The notes under the pieces are model-generated. The model searched no databases. It saw only the letters and a list, made by a program, of their open reading frames with translations, and had not been told where the DNA came from. DNA of 64,000 bases from Phaeosaccion multiseriatum. Lineage: Eukaryota > Protista > Ochrophyta, other classes. The translations under genes and the position numbers were made by a program. Positions 44,543 to 57,919 of this stretch are shown here, piece by piece; the first letter of the stretch is position 1; each line of letters opens with the position of its first letter. Location: positions 992,001 to 1,056,000 of the forward strand of contig OZ218965.1 of assembly GCA_965112735.1 (NCBI GenBank), in the 5' to 3' direction.

Positions 44543-47500
44543 GCCCTCTTCCTCCACCTCCCCTCCCCCCTCGGCCACCGAACCTGCCACCCCCCCCTCT
44601 TCCTCCTCCTCTACCTCCCCCAAAGCTACGGCCTCCCCACCTTCCTCCGCCCCCGAGTCGGCGCCCCCCTCCTCTTCCTCCCCGTCCCCACTGCTGCCGT
44701 TGCTCTTCTCTCGTCGCCCTCCCCTTCCTGTGAATGGGCTCCAGGTCTAGCGGCAGACCAAGAGACATGAGAAAGCGAGGCTTCAGCTTCAGAAGTGCTG
44801 ACTCCAGGTCGTCGCGCAGCAACAGATTTGGGAATTTGAGTACCAGTCTGGTGGCGCAGCGTCAGGCAGAGCGAGGTAGATATAACACACAAGAGAGGTA
44901 CAGAGGACAGAGATGTGTCAGTGGGCGGGAAACGAGCAACGAGAGGAACGCCAGAGGCAAAAGGAGCGGGGAACGCAGTGGCAGAACTACTTGAGTATGG
45001 CGTTGACAGGTAAGAGGGAGGTATTGTAAAGATGTTGACATATCGGAATAATCAACCTAAGAATTACGTAAGTGTGCGAGATGGGAGGCGGTTCAGAGGA
45101 AGGTGGGTGGGTAGGGAGGGAGGAAGGTGCGTCCGTTCGTAGATAGGTTGGTAGGTAGGTAGGTAGGAAGTTAGAGTAAACAGGTATGCGCGTTCGTGGT
45201 CACGTCGCTAGTCTCCCTCACTCCCTCAGACAAATAAACTGAAGCTGAAACTGAAACTGACACTTACTCTCCGATGCGGCGATCGTCGTCAATATGGAGA
45301 TGGTACTTGAAGAAGCTCCGCAGAGTGGAGGGGTTGTGCTCGGCCGCCATTGACATAACCTACAGTAAGCAATTCAATACAAGACGAAAGCAGAGAAGGC
45401 AGAGAAGGGGTGGGACAGTTGGAAGGGGCGTACGTAGAGCTAACGAGAGAGAGAGAAGGAGAGTCTGTATGCGAGACAGAGAGGAAGATCAGAGAGGGAC
45501 AGGGAAAGAGAGAGAGCGGGAGGGCAAGCGAGCCAAGAGAGAGAGACACACACAAGACATCGATTCGATTCACGAAAATGAGCTAATGACGAGCAGTCAA
45601 CCATCTATCTTGCCTGCGGCATCTCCATAAAGACGGTGATGGTTTCGTCGGCTGTCCAGCGGAGCTTCTCCCGGAGGTACCTCAGCAGACTGTGGATCCC
45701 CCGCGTGGTGACCTCCTATGTGTGTGTGAGAGAGAGAGAGAGAATGGAGGGAGAGAGAGGGGGGGGGGGAAGACGTGGGAGAGAGAAGAGAGAGAAAAAA
45801 AGAGGGAGAGTACGAGGTGGTGGTGGTGGTGGCAGTACTCCAGTCATCGTAGAGGAAGAGAGACAGCACTGTCCATATGCCTCTGCATACACCTCAGTAA
45901 GTCTCTAACTAACCTGCTGGAAGCTGGGGTTGATCTGCAGCATGCCCTTCACGGCGAGGGGCGGCAGAAAGTTATCAAACACGAGTGTGTGGATAATGGG
46001 CATCACTCTTACGCCATTCTTGTCGTTTAGTGGGGCGTTGAGCACCTAAGGTGCGGAAGGACAAGGTAAGATAAGGTAAGATAAGGAAAGAGAAGAGAAG
46101 ATGTAGCACGTTAGACACTAGGTGAGAAACAACAAACGAATAAAAGCATAAGCATATACTTCGAAGTACAAGAGAAGCACGCACGCATGTATAGAAATGT
46201 GAGCAAAGTTGGACCTACAGACAGACATACATACATACATACATACATACATACCTGTGGATGTGCGAGGACGAGCTCCTTGAGCTCTTCATGTGTGAAG
46301 TCGAGCGTTTCGCACAAGTAAGCAAACTTCACCCCCAGGTTCGAAGGGACGTCGTACAGGAGGAGAGACGGGCACCTTGGGAGCGACAGGGGGGTGGGTG
46401 GATAGATAGGTGGGTGTGTGGGTGTGTGGGTGGGTAGGTAGGCGCGTGCGTGGGTGGATGGGTGGGCATATGAGTGGGTGGGTGGGTAGATGGGTGGTGG
46501 ATATGTAGGCGAGTGCGTGGGTGGGTGGGTATTTGAGCGGGTGGGTGGGTGGGTAGGTGGCCCGACCGACCTAGCTCAGAGCCCAAGCCGATAGACTCAC
46601 CTCTCAAATACGCTCGCCAACGCGCCGCCCTCTGACCCGATACCAAGCTGCTTCCTGAAGAAGGCCACCACCGCTTGGCAGTGCTCTTCAGTCAGACCTA
46701 AGCCACCGCGAGAAAGAGGGAGGGTCGGTGCCACAGCGAGAACGAGGGAGCAAGGGAGTCCCGGGTGGTTATGGGGTATGGGGTGTGAGGGGTGGGTGGT
46801 TTGCAAAGTCAATCAACCGACGGCGAAGCGAGGGACGGGGGTGACCACAGAGATACACACGAGGAAATGAGTGTAGGAAAGACACGGGGTTGGCTCTCCA
46901 CGACTCCACTCCCCGCCCGGGACTCACGCACACGCACTCACCCATTATGGGCGGCGTGTGTAAGATGCAAGCCTGGCGGGGAGGGGAGGGAAATCGGCAA
47001 GGGGAATCAAAGGTTGTCGTTGGTGGAATGTAACACAAGAAGAGACTGATTAAAAAGGGAGTTATGCTGCTGGTGTATTGTGTACACAACGCTCCCCCCG
47101 ACCAACACGAGAACCAGAGACTATGGAGAGAACGCAAACCCAATGCGTTTCCTGAGGGTCCGTCGCCGAGCAAAAGACAAAACACACAATACGAAAGGAG
47201 GCCAAACACAACGAACAAGAGACGGCCGACCGAAGAGACTTAAGTACAAGAGACAACGAAGGAGCCAAGCCCGATGCTTACCCTGAGGGCGTCTCTGCTC
47301 AGGCCGACGTAGTCGCCGGTGAGAAAGTGGGCCATGGCGGGCAGCGTGTCGTCGAGCTGATGCACATCGAGCACCTTCTGTCCGTTCTCTCTGCGCTGGT
47401 ACCAGTACCTGCAGGGAGGGGGGCAAGGAAGGCCGGGGAGGGGGGCGAGGAGGAGGAGGGGCATTATTTCCGACAAGTAGTGGTACTGTGTGTACCTTAG

Positions 47501-48295
47501 TTAGGAGGGAGGCCAAGGGGGCAAATCCAGCCTCGCTCCATGTACTTTCTTCTCTGGTCACGACGCCTGACTTCCCCCTTACACACGCAAGGCGTTACAC
47601 ACCCCTAACCTCCGCACGTACCTCGGCCTGACGATGACTAGATCTTGCTCAGTGAAGCCCAGCTCTTCTACAAGGATGTCGTCGTTGCTCTCATCCCCTG
47701 AAGTGGCCGTACTGAGCACTTGTTCCTCCGCCTCACGGTCCAGCAAGAGCAAGTCCTGTGACAACCCTTCCCCGCGATTGGTCCCTTCAGGACGATAGTC
47801 AAGAGTTTCGCCTTGTTCTTCTCCTTCGTCCCCGTCCTCCTCATCCTCTTCTGCCTCCACTTCCTCCTCCTGATCCTCAGCTTGGTCGTCGGCCGCAGTA
47901 GACATGCAGCTTAAAATTTCACTCCTACTACTGTTGCGGCTGCTCCTCCAGCTTAATCCTATTGCTGCTGCTCTCCCTGCTTGGATTATGTCCAAGCCTC
48001 CCTTCCTCCTCTCCCCACCCCTGCTGGCCCGGCTACTGCCACCAACGCTACTGCGATTGCTATCACTACCCATACCAGCGCCCACCCTCTGACCGTGTAA
48101 GGCTCCGAGACGCCTCTTGGACGCTCGCGGCGCATCTCGTGGTGGTGCTGCCGCTGCTCGTGCTGTTGATGCTCCTGCTCCTATTGCTCGGTACCTGTCC
48201 CCTGCACAAGCCACTGGGGCATTGGATAAAGTAAAGGCCTGCGTCCCTGCAATCGGGAGAAGCAGCAAGAGCCCTGCTCGTCCTACTGCTGACAT
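44316..48295 (-). CDS. Plastid-targeted mTERF-like protein with RGG-rich C-terminus (~9 exons, one GC-AG intron)
   Basis: Signal peptide + TQA|FTL presequence; repeats such as KFAYLCETLDFTHEELKELVLAHPQVL, LRYLREKLRWTADETITVFMEMPQVM, LVLKFPNLLL; RGG tail. Confidence 0.65.
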
Positions 48296-48567
48296 TTAAA
48301 CGGAATTAAAATTATTGGATATCGCATCCATGGAGGAAAGGATAGAGTGGACCTTCTGGTGCCATCCTATTATCCTTTCCACACCACTCTAACCCCTCAG
48401 GCCCTTCTCGAGCTGCGGTTCTCTCATTCAATCAAGTACAGGCCATTCGACAGAGGGGAGGAGACTAGAGAAGAAGAGGACTCAGCGGCTGGCCACTTGA
48501 AGGGATAGCGTGACCAGAAAGGCGAGGCGAACCCGAGGGACCAAGGGATCACACACAGAGGGCGCCG
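48296..48567. promoter_or_regulatory. Short divergent (bidirectional) intergenic region between mTERF-like and TSR2, containing a hairpin
   Basis: 272 bp between divergent ATGs; GGAAAGGATA (48335-48344) pairs with TATCCTTTCC (48371-48380). Confidence 0.5.
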
Positions 48568-48748
48568 ATGGGAGACCTCGCCCAGGCGTGGGCGCGTTTC
48601 CAGTCGGGGGTAGGGTGTGTGCTTCGGCAATGGACTGTCATCCAGCTAGCAGTGGTGCGTCAGCGAGCCCATGGAAAAGGGCCCTCTTTCTCCCTCTTCC
48701 CTTTTTTATTTTTTTTCTCTCACCTCTCTCTCTCCCTCTCTCTCTCCC

Positions 48749-48803
<55 letters not shown>

Positions 48804-49995
48804 CTCTCTCTCCATCTTTCTCAGTCGCTCTGTCACTCTCTCCTTCTCTCGCTATCACTGTCCATCTCTCTCATGCTCAGCCTCACCCACGCACACACAC
48901 TCTCTCGCTCTCTCTCGTACTCACACGCACTCTTTCTCTCCCTCGATCCTGTCGACGTCTCGATGCATCTGCCCCCTCCACACCCTCGATTCCAACAACT
49001 TGCCAGGACAATGGCTGGGGTGGGGGCGACTCTGCTCGAAAGGTGGCCATCATGGAGGAGGAGCTCCTCACCATGTTCAAGACAAAGAAGCAGCTCTTCA
49101 GGGAGGAGGTGGAGGACTACCTGCTGGACTACATTGACTCGCAGTTCTCGGTCATCACGGAGGACAACAGCCCTCAGGAGGTGAGGAGGACGCGGGCCGT
49201 AGCCTCACGCCCCTCTCCTCTCCTCTTCTCCTCTTCCCTTCTCCTTTCCTTTCCGTATCTCGCAAAGGCATGTTTCTCCTAGCCTTGTTTGGCGTGCTCT
49301 TGCGCACACGTTTCTCTTCCTCTCTCTCTTTCTCTCTCCCCCCCCGCCTCTCTCTCTCTCCCCCTCTCTCTCCTGCCCTCCCTCCTCTCTCCCTGCCCGT
49401 CTGTCCGTCCCCGTCCTCGCTCATCCACGCGAAAGACGCCTAACACTCCTGCCGCTGCCCATCCGTCGTGCTCGCTGCCTGCGCCCTCCCTGTCCAGGTG
49501 GCGGCTCTACTGACGGACATGTTCCAGCAGTGTGGCAAATGTGACTTCACCCTCGCAGACGTGGTGGAGGAGAGGTCACGGGCATTGGCACACTCAAGCA
49601 AGGCCAAGTCTGTACGAGCTCCGAGTAAGGTGAGTGAGTGAGTGAGTGAGTGAGACATTCGGATGATGGGGGGCGGAAACATCGGTTCGGGGAGTAATAG
49701 AGGAACCGATGAAGATGAATATATATTTGAGCCTTGGATGTGGTGTCAGGAGCTTCAATCTATTCCTGAAGTGTGCCTGCAATGTCGCCTGTTGCTTTAA
49801 ATCCTTGTTGCTTAACTACTTTCTGTCGCCATTTGGTCTGCTGATGGGCCTCTCCTTCGTATCCTCAACCTTTCAAACCGCTCTCTTGGACAGGACAATG
49901 ACCTCGACGCCGACTCGGAGACCGACTCCTCAGACGACGACATGGGCGATGATGATGACGAGCAGCCTGGGAAAGGCGCGGGGGGGGCTCCTCCC

Positions 49996-50032
<37 letters not shown>

Positions 50033-50169
50033 GAGGAGGAGGAGGAGGAGGAGGAGGGGGTGCGGGGGATGACGATGATGACATGGGGGCAGCAGCAGGG
50101 GGCGTGGATGAAGACGGGTGGTCGACTGTGCCCAAAAAGGGAAAAGGGCGGAGAAAAAGCCCATCGTAA
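48568..50169 (+). CDS. TSR2: Pre-rRNA-processing protein TSR2 (WGG domain), 4 exons
   Basis: FQSGVGCVLRQWTVIQLAV|DNGWGGGDS...EDNSPQE|VAALL...; acidic tail ending VDEDGWSTVPKKGKGRRK. Confidence 0.92.
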
Positions 50170-50372
50170 ATGAACTATCATATCACTCGATCACGTCGAG
50201 GTTCCGAGGTGTAGAGGAAAGGAACCAGGAGTTCGTTGACATATCCCATGTCCGTCGATGTCCGTTCTTCTCCCCCGTTCTGCCCCTCCTCTTTCTCCGG
50301 TGTGCATGTATCTGGGCCTCCCAAATCGAAATACTTCCTCGTGACTTTAGCAACTCAACTGCTTTCGAGAAG

Positions 50373-51290
50373 ATGCTGAGTAGAGCAGAAGTAGGTGGGC
50401 AGTCAGCCTCTTCCGACGCCAGCGAAGCCACTGGTTTCACGGGGGGAGGAGAGGCTGGCAGAACCGCTAACTATGGCACGCAGGGCGGACGCTCGGGGCT
50501 GGAGACCTGGCCCTGGCCTCTGATCTTCAAGCTTACCTCCCTAACCCTGATGATCTTCGTGGTGATTGCCGGCTTCATGCAAATGGCGAACCTCAGCTCC
50601 GCTTCAGCGTTCTCGGACTTCTTCATTGTGCTGTTTTTGTGGTTCTTTGCCGCCGTCTTTGCTGTCAGCGAGAGCCAGGTGCGTTTGTGCGAACAGTCCC
50701 CTCTCCTCTCTCACGCAACAAGCACACACCCTCTCTTTGTTCGTCCCCAGATGTTCGTGTCTTGTGCGCAGGTGGAGAGGACTATCTTCAAATACTTTGG
50801 CTTGCTGCGGGGCAACATTGGGCGCTCCATTTATATCTTCCTCATCGCTTTTCTTCTTCTGGGCCTCGGCAGGTGAAGAAGAGAGAGAGAGAGTTCTCAA
50901 GGCGGACACCATACTAGCAGGCCTCTCTCTCTCTCTCTCTGTCGCACCCCTTGCTCTCCTCGAACTGCCATAAGCGCTCTCTCTCCCCTCCTCAAACCTC
51001 TGCTCGTCTTCCGTCCCCTCCTCGTTCCCCTCTCCTTGTTTTCGGTCAGCTCTGGGGGATGGGGTATCTCCGCCTCCATTTTCCTCATCGTGGAGGGGCT
51101 CGGCCTGCTTTGGGTAAACGCACAGCACCCTTCTTGGCTCGTGACAAAGCAGGAGGCATCAACAGCGGCGTACGACCGAGTAGGAGGAGGAGGAGGAGGA
51201 GGAGGAGGAGGAGGAGGAGGAGCCGCCGGGTCGTTCTCCGCCCCGCCGCCAGCCCCGGGAGTGCATGGCTCTACTTCTGTGGACCTCTAG
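50373..51290 (+). CDS. COPI-associated / TVP15-like multi-pass Golgi membrane protein, 3 exons
   Basis: FLWFFAAVFAVSESQ|VERTIFKYFGLLRGNIGRSIYIFLIAFL...; the FGxLxxxxGRxxxxxF signature; four hydrophobic segments. Confidence 0.75.
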
Positions 51291-52197
51291 TCGAGCCCTT
51301 AGTGAAGCCGTTAGTCGAACTCCTGGTCGAAGGAGGTAGTAGTACTCTCCTGCTTCATGGGAGGGGCAGCAGGATGCAGAGATGAGGGAGTCAAGTCTTT
51401 TCCTCAGACAGAGGGGCGCGGCATCCGCACCAAAGCGCGTCAGTAACGACCGCTCTTTGCTTGCCAGTGACGCGTCCCGAAGGAGGGGCAGGCCAAAGGA
51501 CAGGAGGGGAAGGAGGGGCAAGCCAACGGACAGGAGGGGAAGGAGGGGCAAGCCAAAGGACAGGAGGGGAGGTCTGACGGACGGACTGCTGCTGCAGAGC
51601 AGTGTGGCAGTGAGGGTCTCGAGAAGTGAGTCACCGCATTGGCCGCATCCACTTACCCAGGACTCCGGAACGTGCTGAAGAGGTGAGGAGAGGCGGGGTA
51701 GCTCCCTATCCCCCCCCCCAGCCCCTGGGTAGCTTCCCGGTGTCAAGGCTGCCAAGCGTCAAGTCTCTCGCCACCGGAGTGCCAGAGGGCACTTGGCCAT
51801 CGGCCCTCCTGCTCCCTCTCTCTCAGGAGTGGCGGGCATCGGCGACGAGGTTGCGACGTCATGTGACTTTCTTCACCCGCCCACCCCCGCTGCTCCGCGA
51901 CGACTCGCAGAGACGACACACACTTGCACACGCAGGGGTATGGGCGATGAGCGATGAGTGATGAATGGCATCTGTGTGTGTATGTGTGTGTCTCTCTCCC
52001 TTCGATGCTGAGCGAGAGAGATTGGGGTCTCCTAGGAGACCGAAGGCCTCCTTCTGCTGTGGGTCGTGCCTCCAAAGGAGCTGGCTGCCGCTCCTTACGA
52101 TTGAAGCGCTAGGCAAAGGCTCTCCACGGGCTAACCCTGAGGCCAGCAGCGGGAACCGCAGAGCAATGGCCAGTCTGTGATGGCAGCAGATGCTCGA

Positions 52198-52228
52198 CCT
52201 CATCATCATCATCATCATCGTCGTCATT

Positions 52229-52260
<32 letters not shown>

Positions 52261-52276
52261 TCACATCATCATCATC
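52198..52276. repeat. (CAT)n microsatellite, intergenic
   Basis: Direct inspection. Confidence 0.9.
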
Positions 52277-52559
52277 CCATCTTATGCATGGTACTATTCG
52301 GAGGCCATGAGGAGCAGCAGCAGCGGCCGAAAAGGGCGTTATAGAAAGGCAAATCAACCACTCTTGTAGCACAGGTAGTTAACCAGAGGAATTAGAACCA
52401 GCAGAGGCTCGACGGACTCAAGGTAGAGCGGGGGAACATCTCATTTGAATTTTAATACACACGCTCGATATCACACATCGATCTCTCTCCCGCCCTCTCT
52501 CCTCTGCATCCCTCCCTCTCTCCGTCTCTCACCATCTCTCTCTCCACACACCCTCACGA

Positions 52560-54555
52560 TCACTCCCCCTCCTTCACCAGCGTTCCGTCCTCGTTCTTGA
52601 GTTTGGGGTCTGTGACATCCCAATACGTTACCTGCGGTGGGTGTGGGTGGTCGAACATGATTCGTGGCGGAGTAAGAACAGATCTGCCTTTCTTCGCGCC
52701 CTGCTTCTGAATCCACACACGTACATAGATATCCCTCGTCTATCCTATATATATTCACGCACCTTCTCCTTCCTCTCTCCCCTCCCTCCCCCACCCCCGG
52801 CCCACCTCTGCCGCTCACTCACCTCGTCTGCGATATTACATATTCGGGCGCTCTGAATATGCACGGCAATGATGGCAATGTTTTCGCCCACGATGAATTG
52901 TGCGGAGTCAGGGTTCTCCTTGAGGTGCACCTCTCGGTACAAGTCTGCTGCAGCTCCCTCCTGCACACACGCACACACACACACACACGCATCGTATACA
53001 CAAGCACACGCACACACACACAAGACACGAAAAGGCAGGAAAGTGCCATAAGTAATTCCAGCACGATGGGACCTATTCAGGTTCTTTGATTGAGCATGAG
53101 ATAGTGCTAGCAATGCGTTGATACTTCCTTCCACCATCTGGTCTTGATCGACCCACCTGAATGCTGGCCTTGCCATTGAGCGTTATACTCATCCTCTGAG
53201 ACTTTCGCGGACCGTCTAGAGCAAGGCATATATGGGAGGGGAAACGGCGAAACAACGGAAGGGAAAGGGGGCGGAATGTAGCAATTTAGCTCGAGGGAGG
53301 ATGGGAGGAAGGAAGGGAGTGAGGGGGGGGCGAAGTGAGTAAGCTTCAGAGGAGGCAGCAAGCGAGACAGCAACAGGGCTGCAACCAACTCCGTCCTTTG
53401 CTACGTCTCCTTCCCTCTCCGTTTTTCAGTAAACGCACACACACACGCACGCATCGGCCCCATGCACGCCTAGCGATTTTGCTTATAGCCCGCCTCCAGG
53501 CAGCCTCCCAGTGACCGTGGGCGCGTGCGTGGTGCCGCCCAGCCAGTGGGTAGCAGCACACCTGTAGGTCTGCACTCCTCGTAGGGCCAGCGAGGCGGAA
53601 GAGACAACACGAACCAAGTCTACTTCTCACTTCCAATCCCATGCAATGAAACTTACTACTCTTTGCACTCTGGGCACTACCACCGTCCGCCTAGTTGGCT
53701 GGCGTCTGCCCTAGGCCGCGCGGGCCTCCGGCCCGCCTAGGCCGCCTAGGCGGCGGCATATAAATACGCCGAGGGCCTACGGCCCTCGCTAGGCCGGGCA
53801 ATTTTCCCAAAAAGGCCTAGGCCGCTAGGCGTGCATGGAGCCGAGCACGCAAACACTCACCATTACCTGAGCTATCCTTCCCCTCTTCGGCGGCGGGGGC
53901 GTAGTTGTTATGGACAAGAAGGGCTACGTTCGCCGTCGCCAGCATGAAGTCATACTTCTTTGTGTCGGTCCTTGTGCTCATGATGACCACTTCGTCCGGG
54001 CGGTAGTAAGTGAAGTTCATTAGACTCAGGTGTGGGTGATCGTCGGTGAAGGTGGAGAGGTAGCAAAGGTCCGCCGTTTGAAGCATGTGCGCCACCTTTG
54101 GGGAAGGGTGGGGTGGGTGGGGGGGAAGGGGGGGAGAGAGAGGTAAGTACAAACAGTCAAGGGGGGGAGAGAGAGAGAGAGGGGGGGGGGAAGAGAGAGA
54201 AAGAGAGAGAGAAGAGAGAGAGAGACGAGCGTCAATTTCAAGGGAGACAATGACGGGGGTAAACACAGATTGTAGCAGAGATGACTTGCCCACCATCTGC
54301 CTCAAGGAACCTCTACTCGCCTAACCCCCCCCCCCCTACGCTCACCTGTTCGGGCAATGGAGGCTTCAAGTCCCTGTCTATCCAGGAGCGCCGCTTCCTC
54401 CCCAGGCCTTTATCTGGACCCCTCGCAGTGCTACTACTGCTGCTGGTGCTTCTCCTCTTCCTCCTCTCCGCGACAACCCTCTCAATTACGACAGCCGCTG
54501 CGATTAGGGCCGCGGCGAGGAGTCCATTCCTCGTGACGGTGACGGTGACAGACAT
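52560..54555 (-). CDS. Pyridoxamine 5'-phosphate oxidase-like FMN-binding split-barrel protein (YGR017W-like), 5 exons
   Basis: KPPLPEQ|VAHMLQTADLCYLST...PHLSLMNFTY...IMSTRTDTKKY...NVALLVH...SITLNG...HLKENPDSAQFI...SARICNIADE|VTYW. Confidence 0.85.
53454..53844 (-). mobile_element. MITE-like element family A, copy 2 with 22-bp TIRs, inside PNPOx intron 2
   Basis: Left TCGGCCCCATGCACGCCTAGCG versus right reverse complement TCGGCTCCATGCACGCCTAGCG; GCACGCA flanks both sides; internal homology to 31088-31419. Confidence 0.8.
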
Positions 54556-55216
54556 CCTCTCCCTTCAAGCCAGGGAGAAGCAACAAAACTGAAAGGAAGG
54601 GAGTGTTTTGAGCTACATATAGCACCCACGCGGAGGGGGAAGGGAAGATAACTGAATGAGGATTGTCCGTCGTCTGTTGCGGGGCAAGGCGTTGAGAGAG
54701 AATTTTAATTTTAGTTTCGCCTTCAGCCTCACCCGTTGGTGCTCCAACTTCTGTCAATTGCGGACCGAATTCGCCCCTCTCCAATGCGTGTCAAATTGTG
54801 CGTGTCTACTAAGTGCACTGTACCTTCTCCGCCCTCATTAGAAACTAGCCTCCCTTTCATTTTTCTTGTACAACTCCGCACTCAAAAGGGAACGCCGGTT
54901 TTCCACCGACCCCCCCCGAGCACTAATAACTAATAAGGGAGATTTCATCGTACATCGTAAGTCTGTAATCTACCTCTACCCAACGCCACCCACATAGCTT
55001 AACAAGAATATGCCATGTCGATGATTATTCACTATTGTTTTGGCCTCACAAAGAATGTCTTGTGAACGCGGAAGCGGTGAACACCTTCTCCGCCCCCTTA
55101 CCCGTCCCTCCCTCCTCTCTCTCTCCGAGAGAGAATAAACTCCTAACACGAATTAGTCGCAAGGTCCTGAGATAAAAAAACCCTCGCCCCACACATATAC
55201 CTACCTACGTACCTAC

Positions 55217-56599
55217 CTACCGGTGCTTAAAGTTCGGTTCCGGACCCTCGAAGACTTCTCGTTCTCGCTTCGGCGTGGTGGGGGAGTACGCGCTTTGCCC
55301 CCCGGTCACTCTTCCTCCCAGCAGGTCCGGCGTGACTGTCGGTACCAGGACTGCCACTGGTGAACCTCCTCCTCCTCCTCCTCCTCCTCCTCCTCCTCCT
55401 CCTCCTCCTCCTCCTCCTATTCCTCTTCTTCTTGCTCCCTGCATTTGCATCATAGTCGTCCGTTCCTTCATCATGAGCGTCGACACCCACTCCGCCTCCG
55501 TCCCGCTCCCCATCAACATGGCCCCGCTGCTACTGCCGCGGCTGCTACCTCCTTCCATGCGATGACCCACATCACCACCAGAGGAGGCAGCGGTGGCACT
55601 GGCAAAGCCACTGAGAAGCTCCTGCTCCACCCCACTATAGTACACCGAACCGCGATCACCTCCCTCGTGGCCGTGTCCTTGGCCAAGGTCCATCATATTC
55701 GCCTCTATCGCCAGGAAGTCAGGCTCGCACGCATTCAGCGCCGCTGCCCCGGCCGCCGCAGTCATGTCCGCCATTCCCACACGAGACTCCTGCCCTCCTC
55801 CTCCTCTTCCTCCTCCCCCGTCTCCGCCATAATCCTTCACGCTTCCTCCCCCCGCGCGCCCTGTTGGACTCGACAACCCATCCAACCAATCCGACATCTC
55901 CGGCGAAAAGAGTCGCTCGTGAGGCACACCGCCTTCATCGTCCACGACATTCACATAGCCCATGCTCGACGTAGAGAGGGAGGGGTCACACATGGAGCCG
56001 GGCGCGCTGGTTGCGATGGAAGTGCCCGCCGTTGCAATGGAGGTTCCTGGACCGCAACTCGTCAGGCTGCTCTTGTTGCCCGTGGAAGAAACTCGGCCGC
56101 GGCGGTATGCGTTCAGTGGATTGAGAGCAGGGGACCATAGCCCGCTGCTGCCTCCTATCCTCCCACCTCCGTAGGTGCTGTCACCTCCCCCCCCCCCCGG
56201 TATCTCCGAACCCAAAATCCCGCTGCCCCTGATTTCGATTGCGCTCTTCTCGTCGCGGCTGGTGCTGCTGGTGTCGCTGTTGCTCTCTCCTTCTTTCGCG
56301 TGTGGTCGTGTTGGCCACAGCGGTATCCGTCGATTCCGGGTGGTTTGCGGTTGCGATAAGTCATCCTTCGCCTCCTGCGCCAGCTGGGGCGGCTGAGGCT
56401 GGTGCTGGTGGGGGCTGCTCAAAACTGACGAATGGTAACACTCATCACTCGAGTGTCTGTGCATGAGCCGCTGCTCCTCCTCCTCTCGGTGGTACAGACT
56501 TTGTTGCAAATCTAGAGGCGGCTGTGCATCTGGTCCCTGCGGCTGCCACTGCCGCTGCTGCTGCTGCTGGTGTGGAAGGTGCTGCTCTTGGTGCAGACG

Positions 56600-56658
<59 letters not shown>

Positions 56659-56660
56659 GC

Positions 56661-56691
<31 letters not shown>

Positions 56692-57005
56692 GATGTTGCT
56701 GTACATGACCCTGTTGCGACTGATAATCAACGCGCTGCTCGTATTGCTGCTGCTGCTGCTGCGGTTGATACTCCTGCCGGAAAGGTATTGCCTGAGGCAC
56801 CATTGAGTCTCTGTGACCTTCCACTTGCATCCCCACTGACATATCATCCCCCTGCCCATAGCCTGGCTGAGCCGGCGGGGGCTGCAGGAAACCCAAGCCT
56901 GACCCTGACAGGTCGCTTACACTGCTCCCCGCCTCTGCTGGAGAGCATGCTACTCCTCTTGCTCCTCCTCCTCCCCAACTGTGCTGCTGTTGCTGATGCT
57001 GTTGC

Positions 57006-57097
<92 letters not shown>

Positions 57098-57919
57098 GTA
57101 CCCCTGCTCTTGGTGGTGGTACTGAGTCTGCTGCTGCTGGTGGTGCTGCTGCTGATGCTGTTGATACCGGGCATGGTCGAACATGTGCTGGCCTCCTACC
57201 CCTCCTCCTCCTCCAGGCATCGGCGGGATCAGCCCCATTGAAGCACCGCCCTGCTGCTGCATCCCCATCTCCTCCTGTTGGTGCTGGGTGTGCTGCTGGT
57301 GTTGGTGCTGCTGGTGCTGGTGCTGCTTGTCTGAGGTGACTGCCCACTTCTTTTGCAAGCTCTTTTGCCGGGGAATCTCGAGTACTTGTGACACCGGATA
57401 AGGTGGCCCTTTACAAGCGTCGTTGGCATACACACACGGATTAAGCTCCCCCTTTCCTTCCACTTTCTTAAAGCCAAAGTTATTGAGCTGTCGATGAAAG
57501 CTGCTGAATCTGTTGTGACGAAAGTACTTGGGGAGCACCTCACTCGCAAGCCGGGTGGGGTTAGATATCCTCAGGGCCCCTGAGAGAGTGATGAGAAGGG
57601 GAGAGAGGTGGAGGGTGAGAAGTGAGAGAGGGAGCGAGGGAGAGAGACAGAGGACACGCGAGGTGAGGGTAGGAACGAGACAGCGAGAGAGCGAGAGAAT
57701 GTGACCTGAAGCTGGCTGGAGGCGTCCTACTCCGACCCCCCCCCCCTCAGAGAGCAATAGACAGGAAGCCGGATCAACCCCCCCTTACTCACCCTTCTGG
57801 TCGTCCCACTCGATTATCTCCTTGCTCTCCTTGAGAAGGATGCTGTGCAGCCGGATAAGGAAGGGCACCCCTGGTCGCGGCCCCTCCCGTTTGTTGAACA
57901 GGAGGTCCATGGCAGACAT
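55217..57919 (-). CDS. HSF: HSF-type DNA-binding transcription factor with long polyQ tracts (exons ~57793-57919 and 55217-57579)
   Basis: VPFLIRLHSILLKESKEIIEWDDQK|GALRISNPTRLASEVLPKYFRHNRFSSFHRQLNNFGFKK. Confidence 0.9.

Noticed and set aside
51290-52400. Possible gene with three 30-bp repeats (RRGRPKDRRG, AT-hook-like) and poly-Asp
   Set aside because: No consistent exon chain or homology could be built; likely UTR or decayed sequence
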